Origin: Octopus sinensis
Taxonomy: Eukaryota
Assembly: GCF_006345805.1 (NCBI RefSeq)
Contig: NC_043003.1
Span: 22,630,001 to 22,694,000 of the forward strand
Reading direction: 5' to 3'
DNA: 64,000 nucleotides
Each line of letters begins with the position of its first letter. Position 1 is the first letter of the stretch. The position numbers and the translations under genes are program-made. This document shows positions 40,562-54,913 of this stretch, in pieces. Under the pieces are notes generated by a model. The model saw nothing but the letters and a program-made list of their open reading frames with translations. It searched no databases and was not told the DNA's origin.

Positions 40562-42426
40562 TAAGTATAAAGTATCCTAGTACAACTTAGAATCGAATTA
40601 GTTTGAGAAAACATTTACCAAAACAGCTGGTTGTTTTAAAAGAAAACGAATATTTTTATTTATTCAAAACTGAATTTTGTATCGTGGAGAGGTTTTTAAC
40701 GAAGTATTATTTTGAAGTTTAAAATTTCCTTAGTTCTCGGTTTTAAACTTCTTTAGAGAGTTAATAATACAGGTATTTATATAATTTTTGCTGAATATTG
40801 TCAAACAAGAATGTGGTATAAGAGACTAAAATATTTTCACGAGAAAAAATATTTAAAAAGACTTGAAGCACTTAATAAATTTTTTTATATTTAAAAATCT
40901 TTCCTTTTTAAAAACAAAAAAAAAACCAACAATCAAACAAAACCAAACAAACGAAAAGAGATTTACATTTATTTTAATAGAGTATTACACAAGTTTGCTT
41001 AAAATGCAGAGGATTATGAATTACATTTTCCGTTCTAAATTTATTCTTTTTAAAATGCATGTGAAATTATAAGAAATATATATATTTATTTAAAAATCAC
41101 CGGAAGAAAGAAAGGAAGAAAAACTATTTTCCCTGCTGAGAAATCTAATGGCATTTTTTTACGGCGAAGTTGGAAAAATTCCGGAATTGCGTGGGATAAC
41201 TAGGATAAGATAAAGAAGCTACTCTAAAAAATATATTAATGGATAATTCAAGGGAAAGAACACAGTGATTCGTTTTTTTTTCTTCTTTTTCTCAAATGAA
41301 ATAAGAATTCTTAGAATTTTCAATATATATTGACAAAGCAAAAATTAATAAAAAATAAAACAAAATAAAAATGAAACTAGTTAATCACCAGAATAAATGC
41401 CTTATCACAAGTGGATCCCGTTCATTATCCTTAGTGGCTATGTAAGTGCTAAAACATTACTAGATCACTACCCCACGCCGTCCAACCTTCCCAGAGAGCT
41501 TTTTAAATCTTTATATATTTAGACATATATTTACTTTAACTAGATTCCCCGTCGAGTCTTACATGAGTAAAAAAAAAAAACAGAAATTAATAAATAAAAA
41601 GAAATCATCCTATGTATTTCTTAATTAGTTTCTCTAACTCATTTACTGATTTTCCACTTGAAATTTTTGCACTTTGGGTTACATAGATAGTTAATAGCTT
41701 TTTTCAGTTCATTATATACATAGCCACGGGGATTGATATAAAACCCAATTTGTCAATACAAAATATAGTTTATGTGTGTTATCATGTGTCTGAATACAAA
41801 TGCGAGTAGTTTTAAGATGATACACATAAAATATATTACAAATATACGCAAAAGAATATAATTACAAACGCGTGTGTGCATTCTCACAAACACATACGAA
41901 CATACGCATATATATATGTATATATGTATATACATATATATATGTATACATATACATACACACACACACACACACATACATACACTCATATGTATGCACG
42001 CAAGCAAGTACATTTGTTGTCACAACAAATATTTTGCTGTTTAGACAAGTTTTAAGCTGCCATGAACGCGCTAACAAGAACAGGACTGCTGATAATTTTA
42101 ATCTTTCTGGCTATAATCAGCCTTATTTACTTATTGACTGACGGGCCTTAAAGATGGCCTGTAGAATGCCAGTCTTTTCCTCATTACATAGAGATTGACA
42201 AAAATATTTGGAAACAAACTCTATTTTTACACTTTTTACTCTTTTACTTGTTTCAGCCATTTGACTGTGGCCATGCAGGAGCACCGCCTTTAGCCGAGCA
42301 AATCGACCTCATGATTTATTCTTTGTAAGCCTAGTACTTATTCTATCGGTCTCTTTTGCCGAACCGCTAAGTTACGGGGACGTAAACACACCAGCATCAG
42401 TTGTCAAGCGATGTTGGGGAACAAAG

Positions 42427-42479
<53 letters not shown>

Positions 42480-43199
42480 TACGACGGGCTTCTATCAGTT
42501 TCTGTCTACCAAATCCATTCAAGAGGCTTTGATCTGCCCGAGGCTATAGTAGAAGACACTTGCACAAGGTGCCACGCAGTGGGTGGGACATAATTTAGCT
42601 ATTATTCAATAGTTTCCCCCTTTAACACTATTGCGCAGTCGCATCAGCAAATGGAGGGACGTGGCCTAATGGTTAGAGTGCTGCACACTTGATCTTAAGG
42701 TCATGGTTTCGATTCTGGCCGGGGCTATGCATTGTGTTCTAGAACAAAATGTTTCGTTTTCTTTTTCTCCATTCTGCTACATTAAGAAGTTAATCCTACG
42801 ATGGATCGGCGCCTTCCTCACTCACGGTAGAGTGTTGTGATCTCAATCTTTAATACGCTATGGAGACTGTGTTAAGTACTGGCCTTAAATATGTCTGTCG
42901 TTCTCTTACATTTCTGAGCTACCATCATTTCACGAACAGGATACATAATTTCAGAGATCCCATTATATTCGTGTGTTTTAATGATATTACCATGAGATCT
43001 TTGTCTGGCGAGTTACATGACGACCTCATAAGTGTCGGCGCTACGAAAGGAAAAAAACAACATATGCTCCACTCTGTGGAGGTTGGCAATTGAAAGCAGA
43101 CATTGAAGCTCGACGCTGTCCTCCGGCTTCTCAGCTCCAGTCGAATTGCCCAGCCAATGCCGGCATAATAACAATGATTATGATCATGGTTAATTAATA

Positions 43200-44403
43200 T
43201 TAGGTTGCCAAGAAAGTTCTTGCGGAAGTTTTAATTTTGGTTTTAAATTATGTATTTTCGGAACGTTGAATACACCATGGACAAAAAGCAAATTCGCGCA
43301 ATATTCTTATTCCAGTTCAAGCTAGGCCGAAAAGCTGCTGAAACAGCTCGCAATATCAACGATGCCTTTGGTTCAGGAACCACTAATGAACGAACAGCAC
43401 AATGGTGGTTCAAGAAATTTCGTAGCAGTGACGAGAGTCTTGAAGATGATAAGCGTAGTGGTCGGCCATCGGATGTTGACAACGATCAACTAAGAGCCTT
43501 AGTCGAAGCCAATCCACGTACAACTGTTCGAGAGCTTGCTTCTGAATAAAATGTAACGTATGCGGCAATTTCCAATCACATGAAAGAGATTGGAAAAATA
43601 AAAATACTTGAGAAATTGGTGCCGCACAAATTGAACGGCAACCAAAAAAAAAAAAAGCAAAAAACAAGAAACAACAAAAAACGCCGTTTTGAAGTGTCGT
43701 CTTCTCTTCTTTTACGCAACAAGACCGACTCGTTTCTCTACTGGATTGTCACTTGCGATGAAAAGTGGATTCTTTACGGCAACCGGCGACGCTCAGCTCA
43801 GTGGTTGGACGCTGACGAAGCTTTGCGGTACTTTCCGAAGCCAAAGTTGCTCCAAAAGAAAGACATGGTGACTGTTTAGTGATCTGCGACCGGTCTCATC
43901 CATCATACCTTTTTGGATCCGGGCGAAGCCATTACAGTGAAGAAGTACTGTCCGCAAATGGATGAAATGCATAAGAAACTCCGACAACAACAGCTAGCAT
44001 TGGTCAATAGAAAAGGACTAATTCTTCTCCATGACAACGCTCGGCCGCATGTCGCACAACTAAACCTGCAGAAGTTGAACGAATTGGACTACGAAACTCT
44101 GCCTCATCCGCCATACTCACCAGACCTCTCGCCTACCGACTACCACTTTTTCAAGCATCTCGACAACTTCCTGCGTGAGAAATACTTCAAAAAATGAGAC
44201 GATGCCAAACATGCCTTCAACGACTTCATCGCCACCAGAACGCAGGATTTTTATGCTACCGGCATATATAAACTTGTTTCGTGTTGGTAAAAGTTTGTTG
44301 ATTCTTATGGTGTTTATTTCGATTAATAAAGTTTTGTTTGAGCCGAGCTATGTGCATCTGAATTTAAAGGTTAACAACCGCAAGAACTTTCTTGACAACC
44401 TAA
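43200..44403 (+). mobile_element. Near full-length mariner transposon (cecropia/Hsmar1-like), inactivated
   Basis: TA flanks at 43198-99 and 44404-05. TIRs are ttaggttgccaagaaagttcttgcgg and ccgcaagaactttcttgacaacctaa. Confidence 0.96.
43277..44326 (+). pseudogene. Mariner D,D34D transposase pseudogene
   Basis: MDKKQIRAIFLFQFKLGRKAAETARNINDAFG...RSGRPS, LVPHKL (WVPHEL-like), [18 protein letters not shown] and HPPYSPDLSPTDYHFF. In-frame stops lie near 43547, 43877, 44195 and 44288, with an A-rich insertion near 43645. Confidence 0.95.
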
Positions 44404-45172
44404 TATATTTCAGTGTCACCTTAAAATTCGAAGACAAGATGAAGTAGTTTTAAGGGGTAACGTTTATCGGACTACAATAAAACGGGAAGGCATACAACAA
44501 TTGTTTCTAATTGAAGCATAAGGTGAGCCAACCAACAACCTTTGTCTAACTTCGTGAGCAAACACCGTTTGAGCGTGTTGGGTCACGTAATACGATTCAC
44601 GCGTGAAAGATTCACCGACCTCGTATTTCAGTGTAAAACCAATGGAGACGCCCAAAGATGAATTAGCACCGAACTATCAACAGGAACATGCAGCTGATTG
44701 ATAGAACATGAAATGACTCATTGAGAGAAGCGAGGAACTGCGATCACTGGCGCACTTCGACTGCCTCATGCGTCTCAAGAAATGAAGCCTCAAGATAAAA
44801 AAATAATAAAAGGAGTGGAAGGGGATTAGTCGAAACCATCGATCCCAGTACTCGACTGTTACTTAATTTTATCGACCTTGAAGGGGCGAAAAGTGAAGCT
44901 GACCTCGACGAAATTCGAACTCAGAATGTAAAGTGCCGAAAGATACTGAAAAGAAGCTTGTCCAGTGCTTTGCCAATTTTGCCAATCCAATCCATCTGCG
45001 AAAGGTATTACTTGAGGAAGATATTAACAAAGCAAAACATGACATACAAAACTGAAGTCTTACAGAGCAGAATTATTAAATAAAAGCTGTCACTTTGGAC
45101 GTTAAACTAACCTCTTATTTGTTGTTTAACAAGGAAATATATTCTATGTAATTGAATGACTGTATCTTAATT

Positions 45173-45977
45173 TTGGGAGAAGGGGCCAGTCGATTGGATC
45201 GACGTCAGTACACAACTGGTACTTAATTTATCGACGCCGGAAAGGATGAAAGGCAAAGTCGACCTCGGCAGAATTTGAACTCAGAACGTAAAGACAGACG
45301 AAATACCGCTAAACATTTCGCCCAGTGTGCTAACATTTCTTATTTCTTTTCTGCCCACAAGGGGCTAAACATAGAGGGTACAAACAAGGACAGAAAAGGG
45401 ATTAAGTCGATTAGATCGACCCCAGTGCATAACTGGTACTTGACTTATCGACGCCGGAAAGGATGAAAGGCAAAGTCGACCTCGGCGGAATTTGAACTCA
45501 GAACGTAGCAGCAGACAAAATACCTATTTCTTTACTACCCACAAGGAGCTAAACACAGAGGGAACAAACAAGGACAGACAAACGGATTAAGTCGATTATA
45601 TCGGCCCCAGTGCGTAACTGGCACTTAATTTATCGACCCCGAAAGGATGAAAGGCGAAGTCGACCTCGGCGAAATTTGAAATCAGAACGTAACGGCAGAC
45701 GAAATACCGCAAAGCATTTCGCCTGGCGTGCTAACGTTTGTTATTTCTTTACTGTCCACATGGGGCTACACACAGGGGGGGACAAACAAGGACTGAAAAG
45801 GAATAAGTCGATTATATATATCGACCCCAGTGCGTAACTGGTACTTATCTAATCGACCCCGAAAGGATGAAAGGCAAAGTCGACCTCGGCGGAATTTGAA
45901 CTCAGAACGTAAAGACAGACGAAATACTGTTAAAAATTTCGCCCGGCGTGCTAACGTTTTTGTCAGCTCACCGCACT
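45173..45977 (-). mobile_element. Head-to-tail tetramer of SINE family A inside a single 17-bp TSD
   Basis: Four copies of the ggatgaaaggcaaagtcgacctcggc core. atgactgtatcttaatt occurs at 45156-45172 and 45978-45994. Confidence 0.88.
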
Positions 45978-47710
45978 ATGACTGTATCTTAATTAAAATA
46001 CTCCAAAGCTTGGCAGCGAGTTACATATAGTTACACAGATATCGTTACACACAGTTATATATATATATATGACTACAACGATAAGGCTTGCAACAAAGGC
46101 ATGCAGCTACTAATTTTGGTAGATATTAAAGTAGATTTAAGGCGGTGAGCTGGCGGAATCGTTAGCACGCTCGAGAAAATGCTTAACAGCACTTCGTTCG
46201 TCTTCACGTTCTGAGTTCAAATTCCACCGAGGTCAACTGTTCTTTACGTTCTTTCGAGGTCGATAAAATTACCAGTTGAACGCCGAGGTCGATGCAATCA
46301 ATTTACCTCTCCTCCGAATTTGCTGGCCGTGTGCCAGAATTTGAAACGAATATCAAAGGCGATTATATCGATCCGATTACTTGTCTGGTACTTATTCTAT
46401 TCTCAGGAAGATGAAAGACGAAGGTTACCTTGGCGGAATTTGAACTCAAAATGTAAAGAGACGTAACTATGCCGTAGGGCTTATTGATTCACCGCTCTTT
46501 GTTCCTGGTATCAAGTTACGCGAATATTGCGTTGCATAAATATGCCTTGCTGAATTGACTTGAAACATTAGATTGTTTTAATGACTGTTTTATGGCATCG
46601 TTGTAGATAATGGTGAACGAATTGCTAAGGAAAAAATAGGATCAATAGGATCAAAAACATAAAAAAAAAACAAAAAACAAAATGACTCTCGCCTCTCACG
46701 AAATAAACGTTTACTTTTACCAAACAAAACAAGACAAATAACGATGTTGTCCCTTATCCAGATTTCCTTTCTGCCCATACTCTTGGGGGAGTTTGAGAAG
46801 GTCATGAACACAGCTTCCGGCGGTGCCCTATGGCCGCAGTTCTCCTGCTGAAAGTAGATAAAGAGTATAGTCGCAGGCATGGCTATGTGATTAAGAAACT
46901 TGCTCTGCTTTCACTTGTCTTCGGGTTCAATCCTACAGCGAGGCACTTTGGGTAAATGTCTTCTACTATAACCCCAGGTCGATCCTATCCTTGTGAGTGA
47001 ATTTCAGAGACGGAAACTGAGTGGCATCCTGTCGTATATATGCGTGTGCATGTATATTTGTGTGTGTCTTTGAATTTGTTTGTCGTCCACCTCCGTTTGA
47101 CAACCGGCGTTGGTTCTTTTTTTAAGTCTCCGTAACATAGCGATTCAGCAAAAGAGAGCGATAGACTATCTACCAGAGTCCATTTGCTCGACTAAACACG
47201 GTAAAGTGGGGCACGAACACTAATATAAAGACACACACACGATGGATTTCCTCACAATTTTCGTCTACCAAATTCACTCACAATGCAGTAGTCGGTCCGG
47301 AGCTATAGTAGAAGACACCAGTTCAAGGTGCTGTGCAGTGAAACGGAACCTGAAACCACGTGGTTGCAACGCGAACTTCTTAACCATACAATTATGCTTG
47401 CGCTTAACGTGGAGGCGTATGGCTTGGAGTTTAGAAGTGTTGGACTAATGCTCATAAGATTGTGGTTTCGATTCCTGGACCGGGCGACGCGTTGTATTCT
47501 TGAGCAAGACACTTCATTTCACGTTGCTCCAGTCCACTCAGCTGGCAACAATGAGTAATCTTGCAACAGACCGGCGTCCCGTCCCGTGGGGATCAATATA
47601 TACGCCACGGGAACCGGAAAACCGGCCTTGTGAGTCTATATGACTCGGGAAAGGCTTTTATCTTAATGTATACGAATCACCAATCTTTTGGCTTATTGTA
47701 CAGTTCCTTA

Positions 47711-47832
47711 TTCACCTAGACATATTTCTAATATAATTCCTCTTTCACCTACACATATTTCTAATATAATTCCTCTTTCACCTACACATATTTCTAATAT
47801 AATTCCTCTTTCACCTACACATATTTCTAATA
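47711..47832. repeat. 33-bp tandem repeat, about 3.7 copies
   Basis: Unit ttcacctacacatatttctaatataattcctct. Confidence 0.92.
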
Positions 47833-48513
47833 CCAGAAGCCATTAGTGAAGTGAGAGCCAACATACTATGTCCTGTAACAGAAGAAAATTAAAAACAAAT
47901 TCTTAATTAAAAAAGTGTTACTTCTACGCTTTGTTTACGAGAATCAACCATCAACAGTTAGAGGTTGTTGGATGCTTAATGAACCGTGTAACTGTTGACG
48001 TGCAAAGCAATTTAACATGTCCAAGCACAGCACTGTCGGTTAAACTTCAACAATTATGTTAAGATAAAGTAAGAGATATAACAAAATATTCAAAATAAAC
48101 TGTTTTATAGTTTTAGATATTTCGTTTTTTTTATATTTGGTCAAAATTCTTGATTTGAATTCGCACGTTGAAGCAGACTTTGTTGCATCTCTGGAGAGTC
48201 ATTATACCAATAAAAACACATCCACTGGTTCAATTTTACTTCTTTATTATACTTTCATTGGTTAGGTTTTTTTCTTTTTTATCAAATCGACGAATAATGA
48301 ACTGAAGTTGAACCTGTGTGGGTGTTTACTATTAGCATAAAACAACAGTTTTAAATATTTCTTCTGAAATGCAATTACGAATTTTCAGAGCTCTATCTGT
48401 CGGGGAAGTGGCTTTGATATGAGAACTCATCTCGAAACTGATGCAATTACATCATAGAGGAACCAGTTTAACCAGTTAAGACACACATGCACACACATAC
48501 GCTCTCTCTCACA

Positions 48514-48547
<34 letters not shown>

Positions 48548-48847
48548 CTCTCTTTCTCCCACACACACTGTTTCTTTCTCTTTTTCTGTCTCTCTTCTCA
48601 CATACAGGCACACACATACACACCGACACACTCATGCTTTTCATTGATTTCGTTGGGTGTCAGTCAGAAATTACGTCGCACCACTGCGACCTAGTCATTG
48701 ATATAATCCCAAAAGCAAATTTACAAAATAATTTCTGAAGTAGTCGACATTCCTACGAACATACTCAGTTTAGTATTTGGAAGGACCGAAACAAAGATTA
48801 CTCTATAGAAAACTGTACAGTTACGCAAGTAATATAATTGTTTCTGT

Positions 48848-49345
48848 GGAGGCGCAATGGCCCAGTGGTTAGGGCAGCGGACTCGCGGTCGTGGGATCAC
48901 GGTTTCGATTCCCAGACCAAGCATTGTGAGTGTTTATTGAGTGAAAACACTCCACGATGCTCCGGCAGGGGTGGTAGTGAACCCTGCTGTACTCTTTCAC
49001 CACAACTTTCTCTCACTCTTCTTGTTTCTGTTGTACCTGAATTTCAAAGGGCCAGCCTTGTCACACTCTGTGTCACGCTGAATCTCGCCGAGAACTACGT
49101 TAAGGGTACACGTTTTTGTGGAGTGCTCAGCCACTTGCACGTTAATAAATGAGCTGCGACGTCACTGGTGCCAAGCTGTATCGGCCTTTGCCTTTCCCTT
49201 GGATAACATTGGTGGCGTGGAGAGGAGAGGCTGGTATGTATAGGCAACTGCTGGTCTTCCATAAAGAACTATTCCCAGATTTTTGCCTCGGAGAGTAACT
49301 TTCTAGGTGCAATCCCATGGTCATTCGTAACCGAGGGGGGTCACA
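48848..49345 (+). mobile_element. tRNA-derived SINE, family C, with 14-bp TSD
   Basis: Head ggaggcgcaatggcccagtggttagggcagcggactcgcggtc...ggtttcgattccc has A and B boxes. TSD ataattgtttctgt at 48834-48847 and 49346-49359. Confidence 0.85.
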
Positions 49346-49540
49346 ATAATTGTTTCTGTTGTAGACACAAGACTAGCAATTTTGAGTATATAGAATTAGC
49401 TGATTATAGCGACCTTAGCACTTGCCAGGAGTGGTGATATGCTAAGGCGGCCTTAACTCAGAACACAAAGATCTGGAACCAATTCTACAATATACTTTTT
49501 CCGACCTTCTAACATTGCTGCTAATACCCCATAATATAAT

Positions 49541-49928
49541 TATTTCAAATTTTGCAACAAGGGCAGCTTGAGGCAGGTGGGGGTTGAGTCAATTACATCG
49601 ACCCCAGTGCTTATTTTATCGACCTCGAAAGGACGAAAGGCAAAGTCAACCTCGGCGCAGTTTGAACTCAGAACGTAGCGACGGGCGAAATACCTATTTC
49701 TTTACTACCCACAAGGGGCTAAACACAGAGAGAACAAACAAGGACAGACAAACGGATTAAGTCGATTACTTCGACCCCATTGCGTAACTGGTACATAATT
49801 TATCGACCCCGGAAGGATGAAAGGCAAAGTCAACCTCGGCGGAATTTGAACTCAGAACGTAACGGTAGACGAAATACGGCTACGCATTTCGCCCGGCGTG
49901 CTAACGTTTCTGCCAGCTCGCCGCCTTT
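49541..49928 (-). mobile_element. SINE family A dimer with a TSD of about 20 bp
   Basis: Two cores joined at gaaatacc|tatttctttactacccac. Flanks are ctaataccccataatataat and ctaataccctataatataat. Confidence 0.8.
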
Positions 49929-51465
49929 CTAATACCCTATAATATAATACAAATTATACAGATCTCAAGTTTTGGCACAAGGCCAGCAATTTCGTGGGAG
50001 GAACGTAAGTCGATAACATCGACTCCAGTGTTCAACTAGTACTTATTTTATCAACCTCGAAAAGGATTAAAGGTAAAGTCGACCTCGGCGGAACTTGAAC
50101 TTAGAAGATAAGGACGAACAAAATCCTACTTAGCATTTTGCCCGGCGTGCAAACGATTTTGCTTGGTCGCCGCCTTATGATACAAATTTATATTGGTTTC
50201 AAATTTTGGCACGAGGCTAGCAGTTTTGGAGGATGGGTGAAGTCGATTAAATCGATCCCAGTGCTCAAAAGTATGAAATGTGTGATCGACCTTGGGGGAA
50301 TTTGAACTCAGAACATAAAGTGTGCGAAGCGCCGCTAAGCATTTTTCCCGGCGTGCTTAACGATTCTGCCAGTTCGCAGCTTTCTAAAAAAGTGGTCTGC
50401 AAGCTGCTACAGAGAATCGAAACCCATACCTCTCAATCCCCGATTAAGCACTCTGTAACATTAAGCTAAGCAACCCATGACAATACAAATCTATATTAAA
50501 ATATGTAAGCACGGGTATAGTTATGCGGTCAAGAAGTTCGCTTTGCAAACCTCGTGGTTCTCGGCACGATCCCAGAGCGTATTCTACCTCGACTAGTAAA
50601 ACTGCACGCATTTAATTCGGTAATCTGCGCTCCTAGTTAATTTACTGTGATTAATTCAAAGATAAGAATAGAATTATATATTAACTCTAAATATCCACAA
50701 CTTATAAAATTATATTATGTTCCACGTTAATACTCGAATACAATCATAACGAAATTAATTGAATTAACTAACAAAGGCACAGCTGTTCTATGTTTGCGCC
50801 TGCATCTGTCAAAAGAATAATCCTTTCTTAAACCTACCTCTCAGACTAACTTGCATTGGTTGAGAATATAGTTAACGTCCGTGTAACATACGGCCCAAGA
50901 GCCAGTTGCCACATGACTAATTAATTAACCTGTGTGCAATAAGCTAATTTTGATTAATTATTATATTTTAATAATGATAATAATTACTAACGTTCGCTCG
51001 TTAGCAATTCTTAGAAATGTCTAAAAATGCTTGTAATCGGTTTATGCATTTGTAGTATTATTATCGACCGTAGAAGGATGAAGATCAAAATTATGTTCGG
51101 CACGGTGTGAATTTAATGCATTAAAAAAATGTATTTTTTAATATTTTATTTGCTTCAATCGTTGAACGCCGGCCATACTGGAGCACTACGTTGAAGGGTT
51201 TTAGTGGAAAAAATCGACACCAGCACTTATGTTACTTTTTAAAGTCTGGTACCTATTTTATCGGTTATTATACTGTAGGGTGTGCGTGACAAACGCACAC
51301 ACACACGGTGGGTTTCTACATAGTTTCTGCCAGCCAAATTCACTCAGAAAGAATTAATCAGCTCGGGGCTATAGTAAAAAGACAGTTGTTCAATGTCACG
51401 CTATGGGACTGAACTCAAAATCCTCATAATTGCAAAGCGAGTTTCTTAAACTACGCAGATATACC

Positions 51466-51655
51466 CAGTGCCGGATTCAACATTGTGCTTAGGTGTGCTT
51501 AAGCACAAACGTTGACCAGGAAGTGGAGGGAGGCATCTTCCTGCCCCAAATATTTTTTACGATGAATTTTTCAAATATCAAACGTTCAAATATTCAAGTA
51601 AAGGGTCTCATAACTTAACTACTACAGGGCCTCCTTTGTCCTAAATCCGGCACTG
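51466..51655. mobile_element. hAT-like MITE (190 bp)
   Basis: TIRs cagtgccggatt and aatccggcactg. The 8-bp flanks gatatacc and gacatatg match at 5 of 8 positions. Confidence 0.7.
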
Positions 51656-52189
51656 GACATATGCAAACCTGTGTCGGAGACAAGTACTAGAAGACATTTT
51701 ATTCGTGACTTTATCGATTCTACCAACAGCCAAATAGTAATGGTTTATAATTTAGGAACAAACCTCGTACTTTTCGGGAGAGAGGGGTTGAGTCGAACCA
51801 CAGAACTCAGTAATTGACTGATTCTTTATTTTTATCAAACTTGAAAGATGAAGTACAAAATTTCCCAGGGCAGGATGTGAACCATTGAAATCAGAAATGA
51901 AAGCGTGGGAGTAAATATCACAAGTCATTTCGCCGACGCTCTAATGATTCTGCTAAAGTATCCCTTTCTATGGTTTCTAATTTAGGCCCATGACCAGCAG
52001 TATTTTTATAGAGGGGATTAGCTGCTATCATACGTGAAAGCACAGAGGTGCAAGCTCTAGTCCTAAAATATCAAAAGCAAAATATGTTTTATTGAAGTTA
52101 AAAATATTCAAAAACTCACCAACTGTTAATCGGGGCTTCATATCAGACAGAAGTGAACTTTTGGACTATGCAGTATCTAAATAATGTAA

Positions 52190-52582
52190 AGCGGCAGAAA
52201 CGTTAGCACGCCGGGCGAAATGCGTAGCCGTATTTCGTCTGCCGTTACGTTCTGAGTTCAAATTCCGCCGAGGTCGACTTTGCCTTTCATCCTTCTGGGA
52301 TCGATTAAATAAGTACAAGTTACAAACTGGGGTCGATATAATCGTCTTAATCCGTTTGTCAGTCCTTGTTTGTCCTCTCTGTGTTTAGCCCCTTGTGGGT
52401 AGTAAAGAAATAGGTATTTCGTCTGTCTTTACGTTCTGAGTTCAAATTCCGTCGATGTCGATTTTGCCTTTCATCCTTTCGGGGTCGATAAATAAAGTAC
52501 CAGTTGCGTATTGGAGTCGATCTAATCGACTGGCTCCTTCACAAAAATCTCCACAAATCTTGTGGCTATAGTAGAAAAGAAT
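52190..52582 (+). mobile_element. SINE family A dimer
   Basis: Two cores joined at gtagtaaagaaata|ggtatttcgtctg, the same junction as at about 45525 and 49695. Confidence 0.85.
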
Positions 52583-54913
52583 ATTTAGTAAATGTTTATA
52601 ATACATACATGCATACTATATATATATAAATTTATATATGAATGTGTATATGTATGTACACGTATGTATATGTATATATGCATGTAAGTATATACATGTA
52701 CGTATATCGATCTGTATATGTATGCATTTATGCATAAATTTATATATATATATTATATGACTTGCCTTCAATACAATATAGATATCGATTAAATTTTGTT
52801 ATCAGTCACGTGGCGGGTTGCCTTCATTAATTGGATCATTAAGATGTTTTATCAGTCTTATCTGTGCTAATTAATAAGATATACTTTTGGTCTTTTGGCT
52901 GCTAAAAGACTAAAACCTCTTTCTCTTACTTTAAATATCAAAATCTTGTCTTTAATCAAATCTGAATCAGTCATATGCAGCCGAAATGCTAAATATAATT
53001 GTCACAACAAAAGTAGTTGATGAACTGAAAAATCTTGCGTCTTATAATAATTAGGTAATTCACATCTCACTTCTAGAGATGAACATTTACAGCTTCTCGG
53101 TAATTTTCTAATTTCGACAACATTCTGATAATAATAGTTACTAGAATTGGTAAACTAGTGGTAGTCTGTTTATTCCTACCACGAAACATTAATCTTTACA
53201 TCACCTAACGCTATCAAACAGCGTAGTAACGTAAAATTATTCTATTTATATTTCCCAAGCATTCTAATAACAGGTGAATAAGATACAAGGATTTCAGCTA
53301 GAATTGGCCTAGACAGTATCAATCTGAATAGAACCACCTAATTACTGTATGTTATATGTAAATGCCATAAACCGTCGTAGGTGGATGTATCCTTTGATAT
53401 TTTTATGAATGCCATATATTAACGTAGCTTGTTTCTTCTTTTGATAGTGTTGGGCATAATCAGCATAACGATCGCAGCCAGTTAAATTAAAATAGTTCCA
53501 TAGAAACAGCCGAATTGTTTGAGGGTTAATTGTGGCTAATGAATTAAGCAGTTACCTCCGAACTTGTCCTGTCTATGTAAATGTAAGCGGGCGGAATATA
53601 TCAGAATTAATGGCTTGTTTCGTTAGCTCACAAGGATGAGTTTAAAGCTGTTTGTAGGCAGAAACACTCCGCTTCTCTATCATTAGTTTCCAAAGAATCA
53701 TATCATTCCTACTATAACGTGAACTTAAAAGGAATGAAGATTTGCGTGAAAACAGCGAAATATTTCGTGTACTGTATGCTGGGAAATTATTATTTTTTTT
53801 GTCTTCCTCTTCTGAGATTCAAACGAAGATTGAAAAGAATCAACGGGGTGAACTTTAAACAAATCTCTTGATTGGTGCACACACATCAACTGAAATTGAT
53901 AGACACGCGTAAAGATTTACACGCATACATACACATTTAAATTAATTCCGCGAAAGGGGGAAGAACAAAATCGTTTGGGAAGAAATCATTTTCATGTGCG
54001 ATAAACAGTTTATGATTCTTTGATTCGAAACATGACAGAAGTTAACGCGATTCAGCTGTAATTAAAAGTAAGACAAATTTCTGTTCTTGATTGCGAAATC
54101 ATTCACTGAAGAATGCAAGATTTGATTTAAATAAAAAGAAGAATTTTGAAAAACCAATCGATCGTTTGCAGTTAAATAATCACAGAAAAGGAGGAATGTG
54201 AAAATAGCAGCAGTCATGATGCCAAATTCAATCAGTTGTTAAAGAATGTTGAGAATTAATAAAAATCTGTCATTGCTTCGCAATTAGTTTACATCGAAAA
54301 TGAAATCTAAAAATATTCAAAACCAAGACTATTTGCATAACCCAGGTAGTTTTTAGCTAACGCCAGTGTCTAGCTTTACAGCCACCCATTTATTGAGGCC
54401 TTTTAAAACTATTTTTGTGGTAGCCAATCCCGACCAAGTAGTAGGTTGATGTTGATTTGAACGCATCCTGGTGTCGGTAGGTATTTTAAGTAGCCATATA
54501 TGCATCATGTATCTGCTTCTTTATTACCCACAAGGGGCTAAACATAGAGGGAACAAACAAGGACAGACAAACGGATTAAGTGGATTATATCGACCCCAGT
54601 GCGTAACTGGTACTTATTTAATCGACCCCGAAAGGATAAAAGGCAAAGTCGACCTCGGCGGAATTTGAACTCAGTACGTAACGGCAGACGAAATACGGCA
54701 ACGCATTTCGCCTGGAGTGCTAAAGTTTCTGCCAGCTCGCCGCCTTTTCTTTTTAAAAATTATTGGCTTTCCCGTACGCGTGGGACACAAACCCACACCT
54801 TTTTGTTTACGTGACCAAATAGACTACCGTTCCACTTATATGTATCATATATCATGTATACACTCTGTCGATATCTGTGTTAAAACAACAATAAATGGTC
54901 GCGACCCGCGAAA

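Noticed and set aside
48848-48920. tRNA-like sequence (also near 42655, 47410 and other SINE heads)
   Set aside because: No complete cloverleaf; each continues into a SINE body, and this copy has a TSD.
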